Shown here: positions 33,860-45,600 of the stretch, in pieces
How positions within the stretch are numbered: the first letter of the stretch is position 1
Layout: each line of letters begins with the position of its first letter
Assembly: GCA_048013815.1 (NCBI GenBank)
Contig: CM106586.1
Location: 2,542,001 to 2,606,000 of the forward strand
Length of the DNA: 64,000 bases
Direction: 5' to 3'
Source: Setoptus koraiensis
Taxonomy: Eukaryota; Animalia; Arthropoda
Program-made: the position numbers and the translations under genes
The notes under the pieces: model-generated
Seen by the model: the letters and a program-made list of their open reading frames with translations, nothing else
The model's database searches: none
Told to the model about the DNA's origin: nothing

Positions 33860-36004
33860 ATGGCAAATGCTAATACCAGCAAAAACATGTCTGACGATGA
33901 TGCGTATGCAAGACAACACGCGTCCAAATTTCTTCACTTTTTCGTGATTTTCACTCACCTTATCACCTGCACGAGTGTCAAAGATGTTTTAGCGCTCCAT
34001 GTTAATGAAACTAACTTTGTTATTAAACATTACAATTTATTAAGAAGAATTTTAATCATATTCTACACTTATGAGACAATGCGTCTAGCACTAATCTTTG
34101 CTTTGGACATTATGCAGAAAAATTGCCAGCAAGAACCAGGCTGGTTCTCAGTAGTTTTTCTTCGTGATGCATTAGTGTCAGAGTGCGATCAGCGACAACG
34201 AAAAATTGTGATCTATGGGATCTCACTCGTAAGCAATGTAGGAGTTTGGATGCACAAGATATATTATTACTATCAGCCTGGTTACAGCGGCAAGGTGTTT
34301 ATGTTTATGATCAATAGGCAACCAAAAATTGAGAGATATGAAGACACAGATGAAAGGATAGAGAAGCCTCATCTGATCTTATCCAATTTAAGCGGCCAAC
34401 ACGATGGGTACCGGCTAAATACAAATCTAGTGAAAAGTTTCCATTCAGAGGCCAGAGGAATGGGCGAATTTGTTCGTGTTTCTGTCGATGACGATGGACA
34501 ATCATTCAGCCAATCCGACAGCAGTTGCGCCAAAAATTTGCAACAGCCGCTCACTAAGCTACGGCTCACCCGACAAATCGCATTTGAATGTAGGAATAGA
34601 TCTTCGTCCGAAGGAAAACTTTTTCAGGCCAAATACAAGAGCCTGGGCAGGATTATAAGCAGCCAACATCCACCATATTATAACCATGAATACGCTGCCG
34701 ATTGGGAACATCCGCTCGACAGAGCACAGCTCTCTGCAGAAGAATTCTCAAACGAATACACAAGTGGAGATCCGGTCGACGTGGAGCCATTCCGAGCAGA
34801 ATATAAACTGTTGGACAATTCCGGACATGCCAGACATCCGCCACACTATACCCATGCTTATTGGGACGAAATCTTTCATGTTTGTCTATGGTTTGTAATC
34901 ACTTTTGGGATACTTTCGCTGGGTCATATCATTCTGACCTATGTATTATTCATTCATGAAGTTGATTTTAAAATACAAGTGGATAAGGGTAAAATTGATT
35001 ACAACTATTCGCTACAGCGACTGTTCACATGGGCAAAGCCTTACCTCATCTTGATTGGCTCAATCGAAACTGTTTTGCTAGCAGTGGATTTTTATCTATC
35101 ATTTGTGTTTGGAGTTACATCACAAATAAATATGTATTGGGACGTTGCCCGTTGGAGAGGCACGATTCGCGAGAGATTAAATGAGATTATTTTCATTTTG
35201 CGTCGTGAAAGCCCAGAGCAAACATCGAGAACATTTGGTCTGACGCAAGTAGACCTGGGAGTTGCGGTTAGACATGTATTTAATGACATGCACAATTACT
35301 TTCATCATATAAGAGATTGCGACAAAATCTCTCGAGTGTGCAATTTCGCATCTGTCACAATACTCACCACCGATTTGTTGTGTATTGTGCTTATGTATAG
35401 GTGGTCTATAATGGAACATTTGGACGAAACAACAAAATATTTTGCAGTTAGTCTTTTAGTTTGCAGTGCGATATTTGAGACAGTAATCTGCTCTACCGTC
35501 GCAATAATTAATAATCAAGTAAGTGACTAATTGCGTACCAATTATCATACATTTAAATCATACAATCTGATCTGGATTTGATCCTTCCATTTCAACATTT
35601 TTATCATCAATTCAAAAGAATTTAAGATTATATGGGAGGGTTAATACTTTGCTCGCACTGAATTACGATAAAGGCAGAAACGTGGAAGCTCTGAAACAAA
35701 TGGATAAGTTTATCGAGTATTGGTTCACTGAGCCAGTCAGGTGCCAATTGACTTTTCTTAGTATAACCAACATGTCTTGGCCGGCATATGTGAAGGTTAG
35801 TCGGCTCACTCAACCAGATCACTTTTACTATTTATTCCATTGTCTCATTTGGGAGCGTCTTTCGCTTGTAATGATGATTCATATCTTACATCTTCTCATG
35901 GTAACTGTCTCTCTCCCTCTCTCTGCGTCTCTTCCTCTCGAAATTAGAGCATTGGCATAGTATTGACTATTAGTCCTATAATATATTATAGCTACTACCG
36001 TTGA
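33860..36004 (+). CDS. Gustatory-receptor-like protein, paralog B (~630 aa; exons 33860-35518, 35619-35795, 35948-36004)
   Basis: Clear paralogy with A (IKHYxLLR, QEPGWxSV, IEKPHLIL, HYTHAYW, CQLTFL) and the same intron phases. The last exon is SIGIVLTISPIIYYSYYR*. Confidence 0.65.
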
Positions 36005-37333
36005 TTGCTAAACGACAGCCCACTAGTGTCACACTGGCAAACTTTTCGTCATGATAGTAAACAAGGTTTTGCGGAAAGATTTGCCACAGACCTTCAACCA
36101 AAGTCAAAATAAAATAATTTGAGAACAAGCAGAAAATCTGTTAAGTCTCTGTATCTTTTCTGTTGTTTAACAATCAATCTACCATCAATTATGAATGTAT
36201 TCATTATTAATCAGATTCATGCCGTCCCCAAGTTTTCTGGCACAAAAAGTGGACGCTTTTCCGATTCATCATAGAGGAACGTGGCAAGTCAGGCCCCGAT
36301 TAGGCGAATCAATTGAATCAATTTACTTTGGTGTACCATACATTGAATGATCTCTCAAGTCGGGCTTATAACTTAACTGTGTCATGAAAAACTGTCAGTT
36401 AGCACCACATTTCACATTCAGTCCATGGTTTCTTAGTGTTTAAATATGGCTGTCGACATTAGACATGGCTTTTCATTACTCAGAGTCAGTTACCTTAATT
36501 GTCGCACTAATAATGTACCTATGACCTACTGAAGTAGCAACAAAATGGGCAGCAACACGCTTATAACCATGACAACTGGATTAAAACTTTTTCTATGTGC
36601 TCACTAGTCGGAATAATGAAATGTTTCGATGCTGAACCAAAGAACAGTTATGATGTTTACTGTCGAATAGAGTCTTTCAATCAAGACCAGGCATTACGAC
36701 TGTCACTAGGACAGCACTTGAAAGAAGTAGAAGGCAACGCTCTCAATATTGCTAGTGTTTTCAGCATAAAGCCATCAGATATTGCTTGTACCTATTAAGT
36801 TTCGAAGGCTGGCATGTCAGTAATTTCCAAATGTTCAGCCACCGACATTACCCCAATCTTCGTGTCAAAATAGTTTTATCTGGGCTCTTGGTAACGGCCA
36901 CAGTAAAGAACTTTGTCACGAGTGAAGACAATCTTACTGGAAAGACGTGCGTGATCGTTCGTGCAGCCGAGGGCGATGAAACGGTCGAAGAAATCGACTA
37001 CTGCTTTATAATCAAACGATGCTTCTTTAATTATTGGGACCGATCTTATAATTGATGGAGGTACTGCCATTGAGGCAGTATTTCTAACCGCGGATATAGA
37101 ACGAAAAGTTTAGGAAATGATACGTGAATAACAAATTCCATCTTATCATTGAGTACGAATTATATATATTCTATTAAAACTGACTGCTCTTAGCCATCAA
37201 AGATTTTGAGATAACTTTATTGTCATGGGACTCCCGTAATGGTAGTGCTAATTACATTGTTCAACGAACTCTGGGGAACTTTTGTTATTTCTGTCGCTTC
37301 GGCACATAAGTTATAGGCACAAAACACAACAGA

Positions 37334-38500
37334 TCATTCTAGACTGCCGTCACAAAACATAGTACTGTCACCAGAACGACTTTCTCTTCTAGATCTCTTC
37401 ATTTTTATAGTAAAAAGTTCCATCATGACATCGGGTATAAATCGAAAGAGTGGGCCCGATAAAAATTGGTACCACCTGTTTCCGGCGTAAAGCACCTTTT
37501 CGGGATATCTAGATCTGATGGCGTCGTCGAAGGCTTCGAAGAAAGTGTCAGTTTCCAGTCTGTCCGATTCAGTTGCCGGCATTCCACCAATTTTCTCCAT
37601 TAATGATACAGTTTTTAGGGCTTTACAATCCTTTCTCGCCCTATCCAATTTGTCTTGCTCCCTGATAACAAAATTCTCATATTTCTTGAACAATTTCTTG
37701 TAGATAGCTCTCTCATTCTCATCAAGCTCCAACCAGGCTCGTTTCATGTTGTTCAAGGAGCTAATATTTATGTTTGTATTTTTCACAGCATTTCCCGGAA
37801 GTAGAGCAATTGTTTTGACTCCAAATTGTTCCGTCTCTTTTTCTAGACACCTGGACATTTTATAGACAGCAATTTTAGTGGAACCATATATAGTTGCTAA
37901 ATTAATGGGAGCTAGAGCGAGTCCACTGGATATATTAACAATACGACCTTGTGCTTTAATTAGTAAAGGAAGAAACTCTCTTATGGTGAGTAGTTGTCCA
38001 CGAAAATTAGTGTCACACACTCGTTCAATTAGATCTCTGCAAGTCATCGCCAGATGTATTGGCGGTGTACCGAGGCCGGCATTATTTACTAAACAATATA
38101 GCTCTAGTTGAGAATTTTTGACGAGAATACTTTCAATTTCTTCACGTGCCTTGCGAATACTTTCTCTTGATGTAATATCCATGGAGATCAGATGAATTCT
38201 CTTTGTACCTTCATTCAACCTGCTCAACTCTTTATAACCTTCTTCTTGATCGTTGTAGTAGCCACCGAATATCGTAAAACCCAATTTGTGATAGAATCTT
38301 GACATGTTAAGACCAAAGCCTGATGTTGCACCTGTAATGAGGATGCACTTGTTGGAAGAGGGCTCTATCTTGTTGCGTCTGGCCATGATGATAGTTAAAA
38401 AGCGCTTAGATAATTGAGTCATCACACATAAGCAGATACATATTGCAGTTTGCAAACAGATCACAATCAAACTCCAACACAACCAAATTGCCGAAAACAT
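37334..38500 (-). CDS. Membrane-anchored short-chain dehydrogenase/reductase (RDH/17beta-HSD2/BDH1-like), 388 aa, intronless
   Basis: N-terminal hydrophobic anchor, ILITGATSGFG (TGxxxGxG), LVNNAG, IVNISS and catalytic YGSTK (YxxxK). Confidence 0.92.
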   Translation of the reverse strand: MFSAIWLCWSLIVICLQTAICICLCVMTQLSKRFLTIIMARRNKIEPSSNKCILITGATSGFGLNMSRFYHKLGFTIFGGYYNDQEEGYKELSRLNEGTKRIHLISMDITSRESIRKAREEIESILVKNSQLELYCLVNNAGLGTPPIHLAMTCRDLIERVCDTNFRGQLLTIREFLPLLIKAQGRIVNISSGLALAPINLATIYGSTKIAVYKMSRCLEKETEQFGVKTIALLPGNAVKNTNINISSLNNMKRAWLELDENERAIYKKLFKKYENFVIREQDKLDRARKDCKALKTVSLMEKIGGMPATESDRLETDTFFEAFDDAIRSRYPEKVLYAGNRWYQFLSGPLFRFIPDVMMELFTIKMKRSRRESRSGDSTMFCDGSLE

Positions 38501-39389
38501 TTTTACGCTGGATTCTATTTTTGCTAGATTATTGATTAAGACGTCCGCATAAATTCTATATTATATCCTGGGATAACCACTTGGATTAGATCGTGTTTTT
38601 ATCTCTACGAATCCAACTGGGCTATAAGCTCACGAAGGAGAACCTCTCCATATCTAGGAATGAGTTACTAGAGAATCCTTGATAGCGTGGATAACGCGAT
38701 CAAATGGTAGGTTCAGTTTGAATACTCTCAGCTCGGTCTCATCAGTCTGATCACTGAGCACGAAGACTTTCATTAAACTTACCTCGAGTTTCTGGAAAGT
38801 CTGTCTTATCTTCCTGAGTCAAACTGGCCACACTTAATGTGGATCATGCCGTCGACTTGAAATGCGCACCGGAAGATGCGCCACGCGAATGCGTCAATAA
38901 ATGAGCAAAGGTGTGCTATAAATTAATTTATTCCACACGCAATTGCCAACTGCTATTCCTGACATGTCGGCTGTACTAGTGAATGCACTAGTTTATGTTA
39001 ACTGACTCATACAGAAGATTTCATCTAGGTCTCAACTGTCTAATCGTCTTACATTTATTGACTAATGACGCGAAATGAGTCCAAGTTACGTTAGCTCGAC
39101 TTGATTAAACCCAGCCGATCTAGCTTGATCTAACAGATTGAACACGGAGACTTCCATTGAATTTACCTACAGATTTTGAAGAGATATCCAGTCTTCCTGA
39201 GCCAAACTGTTAAGGTGGATCATCTGAATGAAATACATGGGCATTGAATAACCATTGCAGATCGTGCATGTTGAGTAACTCAGATAGAGGGTCTCATCTA
39301 TTGCTAGTTCGAAAATTTTCTAATAGTGACATTCGGATTCACTTTGTCGATTGATATTGAATCGAAATTATACACTGTGGCAGTGAATT

Positions 39390-39698
39390 GATCGGGTGAT
39401 TTGTTCGGAAGGGTTCATCTCCGCAGTTTGTATTAGTTCATATATCCTGTACATAAATGAGAGACGATATGATTTTCTGGGGTCAAAGAACTTAGGACTA
39501 ACTGGAGACATATTTCATCAATTTGTTGGATAGGAATGCATGATTGGTCGTGCGATCAAGTGCGATGAAGTTTCTGAAGCAATTGCGTATCTCGATGCGG
39601 TAGATGCTTCTGTCATTACTGGAACTGATCTGATAATTGACGGCGGTTATTCCATCAAGCAAGCATTTCTAGCGACTAGTATAGAACGAAAACTCTAA
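39390..39698 (+). pseudogene. Relic of a classical (FabG-like) SDR, C-terminal part
   Basis: 39540-39698 reads MIGRAIKCDEVSEAIAYLDAVDASVITGTDLIIDGGYS..., matching the classical SDR tail GR...EVA.AIAFL....S.ITG....DGG. In-frame stops lie just upstream and no intact YxxxK was found. Confidence 0.6.
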
Positions 39699-40634
39699 AT
39701 TAATTTCTTCTTAGAAAATTGGATTCTTTATTTCCTCAATCAGGGTAAGATCTTGTGATTTTTCGACATTTTTTTCCTTGGATGAACGTAATTCAACTTC
39801 CATTTTCATAGGATTTTCTTTCGTGCCAAGAACTAGAGCTTGTTAAAACCATTCAGGCTGTCACACCAACACATATTTTACTACAAATTTTATTTGTAAA
39901 AAGCATATCTTGGATTCGGTTGATGCTGCAGCAAATTCGATGAAAAACAGCGCTACTCATACAGTAACACACGAATCATCATTAATAAGAGCTTCGATGT
40001 TCTGTTTAGACTATCACAATTTAAGCAGCCAGGAAAATGTGAGAAAAATCGATTGAATTGAGAAGTTTCGGTTCAAAGTCAGAAAAAATATTCGGTTCGG
40101 TCAACCAAACTAGTTAACCATTACCTTCTCCAGTGTCAAACTTTAGAATGATTCGGTAGATAAAAGTTCTCTACCAAAGATTGAAACTCTAATAATCAAA
40201 GAGAAAAATTGCATGTCCTCTGCATCATTCCAATTGAAGAATCGTTTATTTCAGGGAGAGAATTTGCTAGACTATCGTCAGAACAGTCTTTTTCTATCAA
40301 AATTCGACTTTCCAGTCTATCTAATTTCTTTTGCTGCAGTATTTCGGCTAGACAATGCACGCTCATAGTTAAAAATATCCACAAGTCACATTGTTTTTGT
40401 GCATCATTTGGAAGAGTGAAGAGGATCTATTTTAGTTTCATCTTTTTTCCTTGCTTGTTCACTCATGTCCCAGATGAGTATTATCCACGAGTTTTCTTTG
40501 TCCTCTTAAACTTTTTCACTTTCAGATAGATGTCTATGTAGGTAGTCACAATATAGGTCTGTTCGAATGTTCATCAACTAAATTTTTATCTTGGTTTGAA
40601 CTGTATTGAATTTCTCTTGATTTTCTTTTACAAG

Positions 40635-42160
40635 ATGGCTGCCAAAGTATTCCATATTGAAATGGCACTGGCTGTAATTTTTGTGTCATCTGCGCTGGAA
40701 ATGGTGGCTACAGAATTCGCACACAAATCTTACCGACATGCGCTTGTATTTGATCACAAATCTAGGCAGAATATGGGCCCGGTTAAAGGTTTGTGCTATT
40801 TCTTCAATTTAATCTCATTTTACACACCAACTTCATGAATGTAACTATTGTAACAACTCTATTTCCATCATTTATCTATAGCGAACAATCTGCGAAATTG
40901 CATGATGGACGCCGGAGATATTGCCGCTCAAACGCTTGTTGATGAATATAATAGTAAGAATTCAATTGTCACAAGAGAACAAGAGTTGGGAATCCTCGAC
41001 TTATCAAGACAACTCAATCAACCAGGTCTGTCAAACATTGAGTCAGACATTGTAAGTGCTTGCACCATGATTAAGGCAAATTTGGGCGGTCAAGGTAAAC
41101 AGTATCCGCCAGAGGATGTGGACGATGAAATCGATAAAAGTGAAGATGACAGCGAAACACACTCACTGTCTGAATTGATGCGATCGGAGACACCGGAAAA
41201 GTCTGTGATCTCTATAAGTTCCAGAATCGTCTCAATGGGCAAGGGTCTTCTGCAAGCGTTATTCACGCTCACAGGGTAATAGATCTCGAATATTTTGAGC
41301 AAATAATCAACCTTAAAAGCTGAACAACATCAATGATTGAGTTTTCTAATCTGACTTACAATTTACTACTTTTCCATTCTTCTAGTTCTGTTGGGGGAGC
41401 AATAACGGACTCGATCAAAAAAACGGTAGCGAAGGCAATCAAAGATCGCCGCATAAGCGTCTGTTCTAAAATGTCATTAGAGACTCTCGTAAAAGAGAAA
41501 GAAAAAATCGATCAGATGGTAAAAAAAGATAAAGGATGCAATATTAGCCAGTCCTTAGGTTTTAGTTTATCTAATTTACATGTGGCTGTAAGTCTGCTCA
41601 AATGCTATATACAAGCATCGGGCGATAAAAGAAGTGGTGAGATGCTGTCGTTCAAAGAGGAAATAATTTTTACTCTAAAACAAATAGACGCCATCCAACA
41701 ACTCAACATACCAAGCCAGTATGCCAATAATCAGAAGGAAATATTCGAAAAATTTCTAGAATTACAAGACCGTTTAGAAGCACTGAACTACAACAGTCTT
41801 GTAGTGAGATTGTCAGATGACGATGTATCACTGCAAACATACAATATGGCCTTGTCTTCATTAATGAGAAATATATTCTCTCTATTACAGGTGTCTTACG
41901 ACACTGATCTCAAAGATAATCGAAAATTAGATGAAGTCTATTGCGAAACGGGCGACATGATGATAAGTGAATTTAGAAGATTAGGTACCACAAGTGTAGA
42001 CAGATTAACTCAAACAGCGAGAACTGTTGTGAATTCTTTTGACGTTTTTGCCACCAAATCAATCAGCATTTTAGCAAGATTGAATACCTACAAGGAAATG
42101 TACGATCTGATATCTCTGACAGCTAAAGGTTTGCAAGATGGACTGAATGCAGCTTGCTAG
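40635..42160 (+). CDS. Orphan, probably secreted helical protein (~440 aa; exons 40635-40788, 40882-41275, 41386-42160)
   Basis: Three ORF blocks joined by GT-AG introns with compatible phases (1 and 2). Signal-peptide-like start MAAKVFHIEMALAVIFVSSALEMVA. No recognised domain. Confidence 0.7.
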
Positions 42161-42420
42161 ACTATTAAAGAACTACTATTAAAACTAAATACTTAGTATA
42201 CTTGGCTATAGATTAAATACATGCGGTTGATCAGTTGAGGCATCTCAAATGCCGGACTAGATAAAGCTGTTGTTATAGTTAACCAGTGAGTTACGGGAAA
42301 CAATGTAACATGGTTATTATTTTTCTTGTTTTATGCAACTATTTAACATAACGTTGATTAGACATAGAATAATCTACACACTAAACATATATCCTACACT
42401 GTAATAATAATGAATCTAGT

Positions 42421-42669
42421 CTATTCATCGTTGATGAAGTCATTGGGGTTCTTTCTAGAGGCCCTTTCTTCTTCTTGCTTCATGTAGATGTAGACCATCG
42501 AGTAAAATGCCAATGGCGGTAGGATGAATGGGGCGTTGAATCTGACCTCGTTGACCACATTCTTCAGAGAATCTCGCCAGAAATTTGGGAAGGCCTTTTG
42601 CTCATAACTAGAAACACGATGGTAAATAATGTTTCGCATATAATAGAGATTTCCAAATCTTTTGCCCAT
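42421..42669 (-). CDS. UQCRQ: Cytochrome b-c1 complex subunit 8 (QP-C), 82 aa
   Basis: MGKRFGNL...SSYEQKAFP...ILPP...EEERASRKNPNDFINDE matches the family pattern and length. Confidence 0.95.
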   Translation of the reverse strand: MGKRFGNLYYMRNIIYHRVSSYEQKAFPNFWRDSLKNVVNEVRFNAPFILPPLAFYSMVYIYMKQEEERASRKNPNDFINDE

Positions 42670-45600
42670 ATTTTCTTAATGTTGCCTTGCGAGACTGTCC
42701 CTGTTAGGTGTCCTTTGAGCTCAAGTTCAATATATAAATTAAATAAAATGATCGTAAATAATTAGATTGAATACATTGACAACTCTAACTGGATTTTGCA
42801 GCTGATTGAAAGATATATTCTGAAGTAGTAGCTTGTGGAGGTCTGCGAAACACGGTAGAGACTGCTTGTGTTCATTCATAAGTGAACAATTTTTTATTGG
42901 CTGTACTGCATTTATCCACATACTTTTCTCATTCTAATCTGGTATGAGCGATGTTTGACTATTATTTGGACACCTTCAGTGACCTTCTTGGGCAGCCAGT
43001 GAGTGTGCGCAAACAATCGTGAAAAAAGAAAAGGCGCGAATACGTTTCGCAAAGCTGTGAATTGAGACCACAAATAGCTTTTTATCGGGTAAATGCTTGT
43101 GAATTGCAATCCTAAGCTCACAATTGAAGCGTTTAACAAATGAATGATAAGTCAAATTCAGCTATCTTTCACGAATCATAAGGTAACAAAAAAGATGGCC
43201 CAATGACGATAGACACAACTGCACACAATGATAGTGATTAAACTGTGAGGATGCGATATTACGAATGCGTTGTCCTGACAAGATGGAGCCATAAAAGTGA
43301 CTAGAAAGACAATGTTACTATGGAAACGGCAACTCTTCTATCATGACAACATAAGTATTGCCTCTTAAAAGAAAAACAACCGATATATCACACAGCTTCT
43401 GTTTCACAACTCTTTGTGATAGAAAAATCTTTTCAACATAACAGGTACATTTTAAGTACATTTCAGTCAATTATAATGATAATCACAAGACAGATTATCT
43501 GAGGATAATCTGTTGTTATGATACGAACAACCATTGAGTCAGATGTTATTTTGATGGTATTTACAATTGCAAGACAGGTCATGTAATGACCTGGGGACCT
43601 ACTTGTTGCTATACTTTGGAGACTGTTTAGCCATACGTGAAAACAAAGAAGAGCGTACTCAAATCGTGCTAAAATGTTTTTCGCTTCATAATGAGATATG
43701 ATTATGATGCACAGGCCACAAAGATGGGAAAGTATGCGATATTTTCAAGTTCGTCTATATTGAACGTAAATACATTGTTCGGTCATGCTTAGTTTCCAAA
43801 CAATTCTATATCTTGTGTACTCCATTCGGAAACAACCTTTTCGGAGGCTTACAATTATAACTCCTTCCATCTTACTATATCGTTAGACGGGACGCCGTTC
43901 CATCCTTCACTCAGATTTTCGACCTTTGAATTGACTTAGTCAGAGATCCATTGAATGGCTTAGAGCCCATCTTAAACATAAGAGGGTAGCAGAATATTCG
44001 CTATTGCGGAATCACCAATTGAAGGCTCTCTTCCGATCGTGGTGTGGTGAAATCTAATGTGAAGAATATTCTTAGAATTGAAACGGATATTCCCTTGAGT
44101 TCAAAGTTTGCTAAGATTCTAAATTGAGTGACAATTTTGCTGTTATCGCGTACGAAAATAGAAAAGAAAAAGAGTAAAGTGAACCAGATTATCGAGTTTT
44201 CGAAGTTTGAACACGGTGATTGGCAGTAATGACTCACTACTTACTAACTGTATCTCCAGTAACATCATATAAAATAGTTCTTGATAATGTGTACATTGAG
44301 TTGAAATCTTTTCCCTTGGAATTGTCTCTCCGAGGGAGGCTCTCTTTCTCTCCCACTTTTTAATTGACAAAAGTAGCTACCTGATTTCAACATGATAGAT
44401 TAGTTCCAGATATTCATTTCGAGATAAACAAAGCAGTTTGCTTTGCCTACTACTACAATGTATAGATTCATGAGCTTGTTGCCATTAGTTTTTGTTTGAC
44501 GAAAGACAGTGTAAGAAATATACCCGAGCAATGAACTAGCATAACAGGTATTTCACATTCATTGAGAAGCAACAGTAAGCGATAAACGAGTCGCTTTAGG
44601 CGGAATGAACTTCTCTTGCTCATAACAATGTATTCGAGCGCCCGTCATGCTTGCTTTTAGCTCTTGAATCTGTAGATTCCCATATATAATTGGCTGTGTT
44701 TCCATCATAGAATTGGGATAATAATGAAGTCCGGAACTAAACGAAATTAACTTTCTATTATTAGTCTTGCTGATTGGCCAATATCACAGTTGTCTTTCAC
44801 TTGACTCTCGAGTGTCTTGGTTCGATAGGTAAGACTGGCTAGTGATAGATTTTTCTCCAAACCGAATCCGATTAAAAGTCGTCAATTCTAGTATAGCGAA
44901 ACATTGTCCATTTCCTTGTTACATAATGACTGTGTAGATATCTATTATATGTATATATCAATCAGCTATCCCCCTCATACTCATATCTTCTCTTAGCGCC
45001 TTTCGTCTGTAGCATTTACTCTTTAGTATGTTAAGGCTAAAATTTCGACGATTCTCTCAGGCGATGTATAAATATATTCTCGAGGGGATATAATCTAGTT
45101 CTCGGATAGAGAGAGAGGAATAGAGTGTGCTGATGGAAATTTCATTTCATTAATTGTACCCATATAGTGTTAGTCCGCCTGTTCAGTGTCCTGCAGAAAT
45201 GAATATGCCAAGTTTAGGCCCAGCCTTTGTTTGTTGAACGTTTACACTCTCAACGATTAATGAATCAAATCAAACGTGTCGCTACTAGAATTAAGGAGTG
45301 TGAACACAAGAAAATAATGATTCTACTCTGATTCTTCCAGTAAAACAAAAATCATGAGAGACACTTTGCATCCAATATAGACACAAATGACAACCGAAAT
45401 CCAGCTTCATTTATGACTACGTGCCAGAAGTGAAATCAGATCAGATAGAGTTGGACTCGATATAAGAAGGTTATCAGGTAACAGAGGGGCATCTGTACAC
45501 AACCAGGAAGTAACGTAATTATTTATAATCAATTGAAGGTCATTTGTTATCAACTTGTTTGTATTTGAGAATAATATTATTGTTATGATCTCGTTGATTA

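Noticed and set aside
36595-37070. Short ORFs on both strands between the GR-like gene and the SDR
   Set aside because: No motif was convincing enough to name; needs BLASTx.
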